DNA from: a virus | Reading direction: 5' to 3' (one strand) | Virus record (IMG/VR): IMGVR_UViG_3300005827_000046 | Span: 1-41,740 of that record | DNA: 41,740 bases | Shown: piece after piece, positions 18,085 to 26,562 of the stretch | Numbering within the stretch: position 1 is the stretch's first letter | Layout: every line of letters begins with the position of its first letter | Made by a program: the position numbers and the translations under genes | Notes under the pieces: generated by a model | Seen by the model: the letters and a program-made list of their open reading frames with translations, nothing else | Told to the model about the DNA's origin: nothing | Database searches by the model: none

Positions 18085-18791
18085 TTTTTAAACCCTTTCA
18101 CGAAAGCAGTGAAATAGTTAATTCCTGTTAGGTTGTCGCGAACGCAAAGTTCTATATAGTCGTTCAGACTCTTCACAAGCTTTACGGGTTGTGGATACAC
18201 AATCCAAAAGTCCATGTTGTTCGGACTATCGGAAGTATCCAGATAGAACCGATCCGCAAAACTCATCATTTCTTCGTTCTGTTTGAACGTATAAATGCTA
18301 GTTGTGACATTGTTCGCTTTGATCGAATAGGTGATTCCGTTCGTTAGAACCGGGTCGGCATAGAACTTACCGAATCCGATATTCACATCGTTCCCCACTA
18401 TAACCATCTCCGTTACATAGTGGTCTTGAGTGGAACTTGTATTTGTGTACCGAAAACAAACAGGCGTCGCAAGGGTGCCCGTTATGTTCATAGACCTACT
18501 CGCACCATTCAGCAAAAAAGAATACAACCCGTCCGTTGCATTCACCGGTAGGTTGACAACGTTGACGGCAAGGGCGTTCGTGCCGTCGATATTGGAAACC
18601 GTGGCCACTGTAGCCGTAGATCCGTCCTGAATTTTGACGTTGATAGAACTATCAGAGTTGATGCCGAGCGTCCGGGTGTAGAACGTCGAATCTCGTATCG
18701 TCGTCACGTTTGAATAGTCTTGGGATAAGAGGATCGCCGGGCATAACAAGAGGACCACAACAACTAAAAGTTTCGTCATCATGGTCCTCAT
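18081..18791 (-). CDS. Exported protein of unknown function (Sec-type signal peptide)
   Basis: ATG at 18791 with GGAGGGG 5 nt upstream. The track's longer start at 18884 overlaps the upstream gene and lacks an RBS. N-terminus is MRTMMTKLLVVVVLLLCPAILLSQD. The remainder is beta-rich. Confidence 0.65.
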   Translation of the reverse strand: MRTMMTKLLVVVVLLLCPAILLSQDYSNVTTIRDSTFYTRTLGINSDSSINVKIQDGSTATVATVSNIDGTNALAVNVVNLPVNATDGLYSFLLNGASRSMNITGTLATPVCFRYTNTSSTQDHYVTEMVIVGNDVNIGFGKFYADPVLTNGITYSIKANNVTTSIYTFKQNEEMMSFADRFYLDTSDSPNNMDFWIVYPQPVKLVKSLNDYIELCVRDNLTGINYFTAFVKGFKK

Positions 18792-18819
18792 GCTATCCCC
18801 TCCATAGGTTGCTGTCAAC

Positions 18820-19479
18820 CTAGAGCGTGACAGCCCGCAAGGACGCATTGAGTTTTGCGAGCGTTGGGCCGGATGGCTGGCCAAGGTTTACGCCGAGCAC
18901 TTTAATTTTCATGGTGGCCGATCCTGTTACCTTCACGCCGCCAAGTTCGATTGGGTGTATAACCGAGCCGCCGCCTTGAGGCACGACTAGCTTGCATATT
19001 TCTGTGACCGTGGTGCCGTCGTCCGACACAACTTTGAATTCGGAATACTGACGGCATGAAACCGTTATGTTGCGAAGGGACTTCACGACGCCTGCCGAAA
19101 CCGAAATGGTGGCCGGTGTAATCTCGGTGATCGGATCGGAGTTAACATCAACGCTAGTCGATCCCGCGACTGCTCCGCTTTTGAATTCTTCAACACCCCC
19201 GGCCTCAACCGGCACGGTAATAACACGACCCGAGCTATCTGTTGCGATGCGTCGATAGTTTGCCCCGTCGTATCCAGCCATCGGCATAATGCCATCGCCC
19301 GACGTGCCCGCCTGACCATCGAGTGGTACGGTGATCGTGTTGCCAGCGGCATCACTCAACCGAGCAACAGCACGGCCTTTATTATCGACATTTAGGGCTG
19401 TAGCCTCCCCATCCGCGAGCGTTCCGGGGGTTGCCTCATACATCCCAACGCCAAGAGCATCAATCTTCTGTAGTCCCAT
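18820..19479 (-). CDS. Hypothetical beta-rich protein
   Basis: 219-aa ORF with GGAGGA RBS 8 nt before the ATG at 19479. Contains recurring D-x-x-G-x-x-(V/I)-x-(V/L) segments (VDNKGRAVARL, DSSGRVITVPV). Confidence 0.6.
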   Translation of the reverse strand: MGLQKIDALGVGMYEATPGTLADGEATALNVDNKGRAVARLSDAAGNTITVPLDGQAGTSGDGIMPMAGYDGANYRRIATDSSGRVITVPVEAGGVEEFKSGAVAGSTSVDVNSDPITEITPATISVSAGVVKSLRNITVSCRQYSEFKVVSDDGTTVTEICKLVVPQGGGSVIHPIELGGVKVTGSATMKIKVLGVNLGQPSGPTLAKLNASLRAVTL

Positions 19480-19849
19480 GTTTCACATCCTCCATGTTAT
19501 GGTTTATATCCATCTCCAATATGACAGGTAACGCCTTCGATGGCAATACCCGCTTATCGGGCACCGTTGCCCACGAAAGCCATGAATCACGTATAGCCTC
19601 GTAGACTGCCCGAACAGGGACGCCTAGCTTGTGTGATGCTTCAAGTGCTGTGTGTCCTGTTGCCCATAACCTAAGGAGTGCTTTCATGTGGATGACATGT
19701 TTTCGCCCGATGATCTGTCGATGCCTCGACTCCTCAAGACAATAGAGCGAACACGTGAACTGTCGCGAGTGGGGCATAACGCGGAAAGTATTTCTACATC
19801 CACGGCCCACACATCGACGACGTTCTAGTTTTATTCCATCCATATTCAT
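19460..19849 (-). CDS. Zinc-ribbon plus helix-turn-helix protein
   Basis: 129 aa. C-x4-C ... F-x-C-S-x2-C (CVGRGC...FTCSLYC), then GHTALEASHKLGVPVRAVYEAI, which is HTH-like. Lies directly downstream of terL. Confidence 0.6.
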   Translation of the reverse strand: MNMDGIKLERRRCVGRGCRNTFRVMPHSRQFTCSLYCLEESRHRQIIGRKHVIHMKALLRLWATGHTALEASHKLGVPVRAVYEAIRDSWLSWATVPDKRVLPSKALPVILEMDINHNMEDVKHGTTED

Positions 19850-19855
19850 ATTGTG

Positions 19856-21241
19856 TCACCGGCGCGCGAAACGCGCAACGGGCCGTGCGTTTTTCTTGAG
19901 TTGTCGGCGAATAAGATATTGACTCGTGGCGTCAACACGGTCATCGTTCTTGCCGTTTGGAAACGAAACATGTTCCTCGATGTACTTGCTGACCCACGGA
20001 GCAATCGACGGATCGGGCAGGAAAACACTTCCCGACTCAAAACGCGGCGTGATCGCATCGGCGCGAGCAAGTTTTGACCCTTCCGGCTCAACGGCTATCA
20101 CGTTCGAAAACTCTTGTTTAAGCGTCTCAATGATCGCGGGGCCATTCGCCTTGTCCTCTATCAATATTCCGCGTGCTCCGGGGAATCGATACACCACATC
20201 ACGAATAGCCTGCACGGTTGCTAAGAACCCCATGCGCTCATTGACCTCATGGATAAGATAGTCGTTTGGCCCAAGCGGTCCCCACACCTGAATTGCAACA
20301 TAGTCAGATGTTTCCTTATCCTTGAATGTGGCATCAACCGATATCCAGTAGCACTCAACGTTCGGAAGTACCTTATAGCGGTTCATAAACCACTCACGTA
20401 AGAACATGTCGCCCTGTTCGCTTGTCGGTCTACATCCGTACAGAGCCGACCAACCACGAACGCCGATAGTGCGTCTGATGCTGAGAAGTTCTAGCTCATC
20501 ATATCGTTCTGGGCAAAGTGCCTCACCAAACGCGCGGCCTAAAAGATCGCCCTCTTCAGCAAGCGCGGGTAGCTCGATCACTTCCCATGAGTCTTTATCT
20601 TCATTGTCGTCTGACAACAAAAAGCCAATCAAGTCGCCTTCGTGCCATCGTGTTGCCATGACAATGATGGTTGCGCCCGGCTCGGCACGTGTTGAGAACG
20701 TATCGCGCCACCAATCAATTGTACGCCTACGCATAGTAGGTGAATCAGCATCGGCGCGATCCTTCACGTAGTCGTCGATGATGAGAAGATCGCCGCCCTT
20801 ACCGGTTGCGGGGCCATCAACGCCGACGGTCATCATAGCCCCGCCGTCTGTTGTCTCCCACCACTCGGACGATCTCACATCACGTCGAACGCTTATCGGC
20901 AACTTGTCCGCATTCGCTTCCACGATGTCGCGCGCTTGCCTCCCCCACGATGCAGCGAAATCAGCGCCGTATGAACCTAGCAACACGCGCTTGGTGGGAA
21001 ACATAGACAAGAACCAAACAGGCAACCCGCGACTTACAAGATGACTCTTGCCGTGGCGAGGTGGGCACGTAATGATGATGCGTTTCCCACCCTCAAAAAT
21101 CCGTCGGGCGAGTAGGCGGCTGATGTATTCAATGTGTCTATAACGTACAAAATTCTTGTCGAGCCGCGACATCATAGCCGCTGGGTGGATGCGCCACGCC
21201 TCGGCGGCTACAATTTCAGAGGTCGCTGAGGTCTTCGGCAT
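19856..21241 (-). CDS. terL: Terminase large subunit
   Basis: Walker A CPPRHGKS, Walker B DLLIIDDY, C-terminal nuclease-type acidic residues (VDATFKD, NDDRVDA). The start is uncertain: ATG at 21241 or GTG at 21262. Confidence 0.85.
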   Translation of the reverse strand: MPKTSATSEIVAAEAWRIHPAAMMSRLDKNFVRYRHIEYISRLLARRIFEGGKRIIITCPPRHGKSHLVSRGLPVWFLSMFPTKRVLLGSYGADFAASWGRQARDIVEANADKLPISVRRDVRSSEWWETTDGGAMMTVGVDGPATGKGGDLLIIDDYVKDRADADSPTMRRRTIDWWRDTFSTRAEPGATIIVMATRWHEGDLIGFLLSDDNEDKDSWEVIELPALAEEGDLLGRAFGEALCPERYDELELLSIRRTIGVRGWSALYGCRPTSEQGDMFLREWFMNRYKVLPNVECYWISVDATFKDKETSDYVAIQVWGPLGPNDYLIHEVNERMGFLATVQAIRDVVYRFPGARGILIEDKANGPAIIETLKQEFSNVIAVEPEGSKLARADAITPRFESGSVFLPDPSIAPWVSKYIEEHVSFPNGKNDDRVDATSQYLIRRQLKKNARPVARFARR

Positions 21242-21671
21242 CGGATGTCTGTCCAATAGCACTTTCGATTGTTAGCAGCGCCTCGAAAGCTTTCGGATCG
21301 CGCGCAATAGCTGCGAGGTCAATCATCTTGATTGGCGCTTTCGGATCGCCAGCATGAACGATCTTTGATTCGTTTGGATACCGGGCAGGGTCGCGGTGGT
21401 TCAAAAAGAACTTAATGGCAAAGACGTCGCCGAGTAGGGCGCGCTGGTACAGAGCATTTTCAACTTCAATGACTTGCCCCTTAATGATCGCCTCGTACCG
21501 CGCTCGGTTGGCGGGGTTTTGATGCAACCAACGCGCAAACGTGCGTGGGCGTGTCCCGACCTCTTTGCACGCTTTATGCAAAAACTCCCCACGCTCTACT
21601 CTATCCAGAACTGCCAATATTCGATCAATTGCTTCCGGGTCAACAACCGGTGTGTCGATAGATTCCTTCAT
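21216..21671 (-). CDS. terS: Terminase small subunit (HTH type)
   Basis: 151 aa directly upstream of and overlapping terL. ACKEVGTRPRTFARWL is HTH-like. LGDVFAIKFFLNHRDPARY resembles the conserved TerS helix. ATG at 21671; the track start at 21677 is TTG. Confidence 0.7.
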   Translation of the reverse strand: MKESIDTPVVDPEAIDRILAVLDRVERGEFLHKACKEVGTRPRTFARWLHQNPANRARYEAIIKGQVIEVENALYQRALLGDVFAIKFFLNHRDPARYPNESKIVHAGDPKAPIKMIDLAAIARDPKAFEALLTIESAIGQTSDAEDLSDL

Positions 21672-21683
21672 ACCCAAAGGCTA

Positions 21684-22076
21684 TCACAGATCATCGAGGT
21701 TGTGAAATGCCTCATATGCTTGAACCAATTTCATGAATTGATCGAAAGGCAATACAACCATCGGACGTTGGTTATCTCCCGCCGTAACAACCACCGGTAT
21801 GTCACCGCGGGCCTCATCGCAATGCACTTGCTCAATAGTCGTGACGGGTGCATAGGCTTTTAGCTTTTTGCACTGAATCCAAAACGGCCCCGTGTCCTGT
21901 AGGTCGCGCCCCTCTTTCGCGTCCACCGTGTGGAATTCCAAGTGACGGCGCGCTTTTGGGTATATTGATTTTAGTTTGCCCGCAACCCAGCGCTCAAAAT
22001 CGTGCCCTTTTTTGCGTGCCCGGCGACCCTTTAACCTATACACAGATTCTGTTTCAGCATTTTCGAAGTCATTCAT
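21684..22076 (-). CDS. PD-(D/E)XK nuclease, Hjc-like resolvase
   Basis: ATG at 22076 with AAGGAG 9 nt upstream; the track's N-terminal extension to 22184 runs into the iteron region. KGHDFERWVAGKL plus GRDLQD...WIQCKK fits the G-x-x-FE ... D ... (E/Q)-x-K pattern. Confidence 0.6.
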   Translation of the reverse strand: MNDFENAETESVYRLKGRRARKKGHDFERWVAGKLKSIYPKARRHLEFHTVDAKEGRDLQDTGPFWIQCKKLKAYAPVTTIEQVHCDEARGDIPVVVTAGDNQRPMVVLPFDQFMKLVQAYEAFHNLDDL

Positions 22077-22109
22077 GGTTCTTTTTCTCCTTAATTTTAT
22101 AAACGTAAT

Positions 22110-22138
22110 ACGATAGAGGCACCTCCTAAAATGGTCAA
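22110..22138 (-). promoter_or_regulatory. Candidate sigma70-type promoter for the nuclease-terminase (late) operon
   Basis: Minus strand reads TTGACC (22138-22133), a 17-nt spacer, then TATCGT (22115-22110). The -10 overlaps the palindrome CGTATTACG. Confidence 0.35.
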
Positions 22139-22164
22139 CTACTCGGAGGCGATTTTTTGACTCC

Positions 22165-22248
22165 TGACCCATTTTATGACCCATCGATAGGTCAGGGTTA
22201 AAACTATGATCTCAAAAAGGAATTCGGACTTTTTAGTGGCTGACCCAT
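22165..22248. repeat. Iteron group: three perfect TGACCCAT copies plus one inverted 7/8 copy
   Basis: TGACCCAT at 22165-22172, 22177-22184 and 22241-22248. ATAGGTCA at 22187-22194 makes the palindrome TGACCCAT-CG-ATAGGTCA. Confidence 0.9.
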
Positions 22249-22285
22249 GTGATCGCCAAAAGTTTCCGTAACTATTGGCGGAGGG

Positions 22286-22310
22286 TCTGTAAGGGGGGGG
22301 GGTTTACAGA
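22286..22310. other. Stem-loop whose loop is a G10 homopolymer
   Basis: tctgtaa (22286-22292) pairs with ttacaga (22304-22310). The loop is G x10 (22293-22302) plus T. Confidence 0.7.
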
Positions 22311-22351
22311 TTTTTATCAAAATGCACCCCTACCACTCTTGTTTACCAAAA

Positions 22352-22435
22352 GATGGGTCAGATGGGTCAGATGGGTCAGAGTATAAGGAATCATTATATT
22401 TTTTGCCTGACCCATCCCTGACCCATCTGACCCAT
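22352..22435. repeat. Inverted iteron array: 3 x GATGGGTCA, a 29-bp AT-rich spacer, then 3 x TGACCCAT
   Basis: ATGGGTCA at 22353, 22362 and 22371 (9-bp period). The spacer gagtataaggaatcattatattttttgcc is 22379-22407. TGACCCAT is at 22408, 22419 and 22428. The array starts 7 nt after the primase-helicase stop. Confidence 0.95.
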
Positions 22436-22441
22436 CTTTTA

Positions 22442-24700
22442 TTACACACTTTTTACCCAACGCTTTCCGAATTCCGTGTGGCACTTCTTAAAACCACACG
22501 CGCGAAGTGCCCTACCAAGTCTGAGTTGCGCTTTGTGGTCCATGCCGTCGGCAGTCCCGTGTAGCGGCCCATTAACGTCGCAGAGGTCTTTTGTTTTTAT
22601 GTACCCCTTATAGAAATCGGGGTTTTCAGCAATATGGGAAGTTATAGCCTCAATCCACGGATCCTCGGCGGTACGCAAGGATTGTTCCTCTGTAACGAGT
22701 CTGAGGATTTCAGGGTCATCTATGAAAGGCTTCTCCCCCTCCACCTCATAGCGAAACACCGCTTCAGCGATTAGCTGGTCTCTATCGCGCGAGAGCGCAT
22801 CACGATCGCAGTGCGACACCGTTACCGGCCAGAACCGTCTATTGCCCGTTTGGTCCTGAAGGTAGTCGTCTGGATTGGCTGTTCCAATGAACACAGTTCG
22901 CCTAGGTAGCTCTATAGTCTCCCGGCCATATGGCAACCGCACATTGTCCACTTGACGCGTTATAAACGCTTTTAGAGCGTTGATCTCCGTTTTACGCATG
23001 CCGGTCAGTTCACCAATCTCGTAAACCCACCGGCCCTGAATTCCGAGCACGGTATCCTTGTCACCGATGTTGAGATCGGCATCGCTGAACCAATCGCCGC
23101 CTAGTATTGAAACGGCGGTTGATTTTCCGCAACCCTGTTGTCCTTCAATAATGGTGACTGTATCGACTTTGCATCCGGGTGAAAGCCCGCGAGCGGCCAT
23201 TGCGATGATCGTCTTTGACCCAATAACTTGGAGTAGCTTGTCAGGCCCCTTGGCTCCTAGATAATCACGTAGCCAAGTGTTTAGACGCTCTTTGCCATCC
23301 CATCTGAGGCTGACAAGATAATCACGAAGCGGGTCTATGGCGTTCGCATTCGCAATGCTGCATACGGCATCATATATCTTGGCCTTGTCGGGCTCAAACC
23401 GCCACGTGTTAGCTAACCACATCATGATGATCACAGCATCCGAGTCGCCAAACTTGTCACCGAGTTTTGCGCCCCATGGAGCGTTACACCCATAGGTGAT
23501 GCGATTCATGAATATGTTTTTAACGAAGAGATTTTTCCCAACCGCGTTTGAAAGAACAAGGACAATATTGCGTACCGAACACTTGGGACGTGCGCCCGGG
23601 CCGGGACCACTTCGCTCGATGTCCTCACGCCACGATCGGAGGGTCTCTAAATCCTTCTCTTGCTCATTACGAAGCGCGGGGGTAAGAGCATCTAGGTCTT
23701 GTCCTAACACTGAGTCAAATTGCATCTCGGGGTCTGATGATTCGCGGGCCTTCGGCATGGTGTACTTTAAAAGCCAATCGATGACACTCTTTCGATTCGT
23801 GCGACCATGATCATACCCCACCATCCCAAGTGCATAGAAATCATCAGACAGCACGGATAAAATTTCATTCGTCTTATAGCCCGCGTGGTACATTTTGCAC
23901 GCGACGGAAAGAAGCGCCGCCGATCTATCAACTACACCCTCACCCGTCATGATCATCGTTTGCGTTGCAGTGTCTAGTTTGTCGAGGGACACCGTTTCCG
24001 GAATATCCGATCCCGGGTCTATTGTCGTCTTAACAGATGGCGCCTGTTCCAAGTCTTCAACTTTTTCAAACAGCGGGAAGTCTTCTGTAACGTGAGGTAG
24101 GAAACCCGCCCACTGATAGGGCTCATTACTATCGGGGTGTATAGATGGTGGTAGCACGATCTGACGACCCGCCGACATCGCAACAATCTCCCACGCCGAA
24201 CGCCAGCGATAACCGGCATCAATCTCCACCGCAGTCAGATACTTTCGATCATTCCCGGATGGTGGAGTACTCGGCATCATCACGCGCACTTTATCTGATG
24301 AGCACGCGAGCATGCGCCCCTTAAATTCTCTCCGGGTTCTGATGTAGATATGTCCCGAGCCGTTTCCCCGACCTGATAAAACGGCGGCACGTTCGGGCGA
24401 TGACATTGAACCGCCCCCCGGGATGATTTTATCAAGAGCCTCGTGCATTTCGTTGAGGTGTTTTTCGTCCTCACTCTTTACATCGCAGTCGAGAGCCGCG
24501 AGGAATGTTCCGTCTGGAAATTCAGACATGGCCCCAAGACGCACCCCGAGATTGTATCCCGGTTTATATGCAGCCACTAGCGTTTCGAGTTTTTGTTTTG
24601 AGCCCGTTGACCAACGCGCAGCAAGCGGCGCTTTGCTTTTAGGTTTCAACCAATGTAGGGAAAACCCAAGCTTATAGTACCATTCAAGGTGATTAAGCAT
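22442..24700 (-). CDS. Bifunctional primase-polymerase (PrimPol) / VirE-D5-type helicase
   Basis: 752 aa. N-terminal LGFSLHWLKPKSKAP, ALDCDVK (DxD) and SGRGNGSGHIYI resemble PrimPol motifs. Walker A is GQQGCGKST in the C-terminal half. GGAGGA RBS. Confidence 0.85.
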   Translation of the reverse strand: MLNHLEWYYKLGFSLHWLKPKSKAPLAARWSTGSKQKLETLVAAYKPGYNLGVRLGAMSEFPDGTFLAALDCDVKSEDEKHLNEMHEALDKIIPGGGSMSSPERAAVLSGRGNGSGHIYIRTRREFKGRMLACSSDKVRVMMPSTPPSGNDRKYLTAVEIDAGYRWRSAWEIVAMSAGRQIVLPPSIHPDSNEPYQWAGFLPHVTEDFPLFEKVEDLEQAPSVKTTIDPGSDIPETVSLDKLDTATQTMIMTGEGVVDRSAALLSVACKMYHAGYKTNEILSVLSDDFYALGMVGYDHGRTNRKSVIDWLLKYTMPKARESSDPEMQFDSVLGQDLDALTPALRNEQEKDLETLRSWREDIERSGPGPGARPKCSVRNIVLVLSNAVGKNLFVKNIFMNRITYGCNAPWGAKLGDKFGDSDAVIIMMWLANTWRFEPDKAKIYDAVCSIANANAIDPLRDYLVSLRWDGKERLNTWLRDYLGAKGPDKLLQVIGSKTIIAMAARGLSPGCKVDTVTIIEGQQGCGKSTAVSILGGDWFSDADLNIGDKDTVLGIQGRWVYEIGELTGMRKTEINALKAFITRQVDNVRLPYGRETIELPRRTVFIGTANPDDYLQDQTGNRRFWPVTVSHCDRDALSRDRDQLIAEAVFRYEVEGEKPFIDDPEILRLVTEEQSLRTAEDPWIEAITSHIAENPDFYKGYIKTKDLCDVNGPLHGTADGMDHKAQLRLGRALRACGFKKCHTEFGKRWVKSV

Positions 24701-24713
24701 GATGTCCTCCGTC

Positions 24714-24941
24714 TTATTTTTTACGAATGGTTTTCGGTCTTGTGCTCTCCCAAATTTTACTAAAGGTCAGTTCCCCGCAAGACTGTTTGATGATCCTATC
24801 TATCATTGGTGCGGATGGTGTTGCGTTGTGTTTGAGCCAGTGCCTCACGCGCGCGGGGTCGATGCAAAGTGAAGACGCGAATTTTATCACCCCACCTTTT
24901 TTCATAACGTACTTGTATAGCTCCGTTGACGTGTCGAACAT
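24714..24941 (-). CDS. Cro / YdaS-like HTH regulator
   Basis: 75 aa. GGVIKFASSLCIDPARVRHWL is HTH-like. AGGAGG 8 nt before the ATG. First gene of the leftward arm. Confidence 0.7.
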   Translation of the reverse strand: MFDTSTELYKYVMKKGGVIKFASSLCIDPARVRHWLKHNATPSAPMIDRIIKQSCGELTFSKIWESTRPKTIRKK

Positions 24942-24971
24942 ATGGAAACCTCCTAGGAAAAAGATTTTAAA

Positions 24972-25000
24972 ATTCTATGTTGACAACAGCACCTAGTCAA
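24972..25000 (-). promoter_or_regulatory. Leftward promoter (TTGACT-17-TAGAAT)
   Basis: Minus strand has TTGACT at 25000-24995, a 17-nt spacer, then TAGAAT at 24977-24972. It lies about 30 nt upstream of the cro-like ATG. Confidence 0.65.
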
Positions 25001-25008
25001 CGTAAATT
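24980..25008 (+). promoter_or_regulatory. Rightward early promoter (TTGACA-17-TAAATT)
   Basis: TTGACA at 24980-24985, a 17-nt spacer, then TAAATT at 25003-25008. It lies about 50 nt upstream of the SNF2 helicase ATG. The two -35 boxes form GTTGAC-N12-GTCAAC. Confidence 0.65.
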
Positions 25009-25059
25009 CTTTTTCGCGCAACGCACAACCCAAACAAAACCTATTGGAGCAAAACGATC

Positions 25060-26562
25060 ATGCGCCTCACCTTCAACCAAAATCGAAAGAGATTCGAGAC
25101 TGAAACACGACACGCGAAATTACTGGTTGACGACGTGAACAAAGTATATTACGCCGACACTATGCGCATCGCCTTGCCGTTCTATGACTGTATGGACGAA
25201 GAGGCGAAGAGAATACTTGACCGCCGACGAGTCATCACTTACAGCGAAAAGACGCGAGGCGATGCGCACCAACAAACTGCACGGCCTGCTGATTCCGCGA
25301 ATGAAGCTGTCCCCTCCATCTACGCACTTTTGCGGCCCTACCAGAATCAGGCCGTGCAGTTTATCCTTGAACGAAACCACTCCTATCTATTTATCCCGCC
25401 GGGTCTTGGTAAAACACCAATCGCTGCACGTGCGGCCATCGAGGCCGGAGCGTATCTCATTTATATATGCCCGCCGTCTGTGCGAATCAACACCGAGCGC
25501 GAACTTTTGAAGTGGGGACTAGCACCAAATCAGTTTTGCGTGCTTCCCGATTCGCAAGTTCATCGATATGTTGAGGCTGCACGGAAACAAGCGGCGCACG
25601 TATGGCTTGTGGTTGATGAGGCTCATCGATTCAAGTACGCGGACACGCGGCGCGGGATGGCAGTCTACACGCTTGCTGATAGCTTCGAACGCGTTGTACT
25701 CATGTCCGGCACCGCCATCACGCGTGGATACTGGGACCTTTGGGCACCTCTTCGATATCTCGCATGGAACTGTATAGACTACATGGACCAATACAAGTAC
25801 GCGGCGATGTATTGCGATCCGCTCCATGGACGCGAGGGCTTCCAGATTGGTGGCAGCACGAACGGCAAGGAACTAAGAAAACGCCTCGCCCCGTTCATGT
25901 TCAGCGTCCTGAAAAAAGACGCGGCAAAAGACTTGCCCGCGCGTATGGAATCTATTTTGATCGTGGGTGAAAACCTCCCGCGCGATTTGGCATCAATGGA
26001 CAAAGAACTTTTGAAACAGTATTCGCCTATTGATATTGCCGAAGGCAAGTACAACCTCGAAACGGACGGACACATTGCAACCTATCGCCGGTTGCTGGGT
26101 GAAATAAAGGTCAAGCCTACACTTGATTATTTGATCGACGAATTGGATTTCGGCCACGAGTCATTCATTGTGTTTTGCTACCACCGAGATGTTGCGAATT
26201 TGTTGTATGAAGGTCTAAAGTCTTTTGCGCCTTCATTGATCGTGGGCGGAATGACTACAGAGCATAAACAGATCAACGCTGATAGATTTCAAAACAGAGA
26301 AACTCGTGTGATCATTGGCAACTCGGCCATGTGGGTTGGGTACACATTGACAGCCGCAAGCCAAGTGCTATTGGTTGAGCCATCATGGACGCCCGCAGAT
26401 AATGAACAGGCAATTGATCGTGCTCACCGCATAGGCCAGACGTTGCCCGTCCTCGCCCGCTATGTGTGCTTTGAGAATTCAATAGACCGGAAAGTGATTA
26501 ACGTGAACTTGCGAAAGCGTGAGAAGATAGAAGATTTTAAAAACGGAGGTGATCAAAAATGA
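25060..26562 (+). CDS. SNF2-family helicase
   Basis: Motif I PPGLGKT, motif II VVDEAHRFK, motif VI QAIDRAHRIGQ. Confidence 0.9.
   Translation: MRLTFNQNRKRFETETRHAKLLVDDVNKVYYADTMRIALPFYDCMDEEAKRILDRRRVITYSEKTRGDAHQQTARPADSANEAVPSIYALLRPYQNQAVQFILERNHSYLFIPPGLGKTPIAARAAIEAGAYLIYICPPSVRINTERELLKWGLAPNQFCVLPDSQVHRYVEAARKQAAHVWLVVDEAHRFKYADTRRGMAVYTLADSFERVVLMSGTAITRGYWDLWAPLRYLAWNCIDYMDQYKYAAMYCDPLHGREGFQIGGSTNGKELRKRLAPFMFSVLKKDAAKDLPARMESILIVGENLPRDLASMDKELLKQYSPIDIAEGKYNLETDGHIATYRRLLGEIKVKPTLDYLIDELDFGHESFIVFCYHRDVANLLYEGLKSFAPSLIVGGMTTEHKQINADRFQNRETRVIIGNSAMWVGYTLTAASQVLLVEPSWTPADNEQAIDRAHRIGQTLPVLARYVCFENSIDRKVINVNLRKREKIEDFKNGGDQK

Noticed and set aside
22165-22435. The repeat array as a CRISPR array.
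   Set aside because: The repeat units are only 8-9 bp, occur in both orientations, and are adjacent or 1-3 bp apart. There are no unique spacers of CRISPR size and no cas genes.
22322-22564. Plus-strand 80-aa ORF containing DGSDGSDGS.
   Set aside because: The repeat peptide is just the translation of the GATGGGTCA iterons. The ORF has no RBS, and its 3' part is antisense to the primase-helicase gene.
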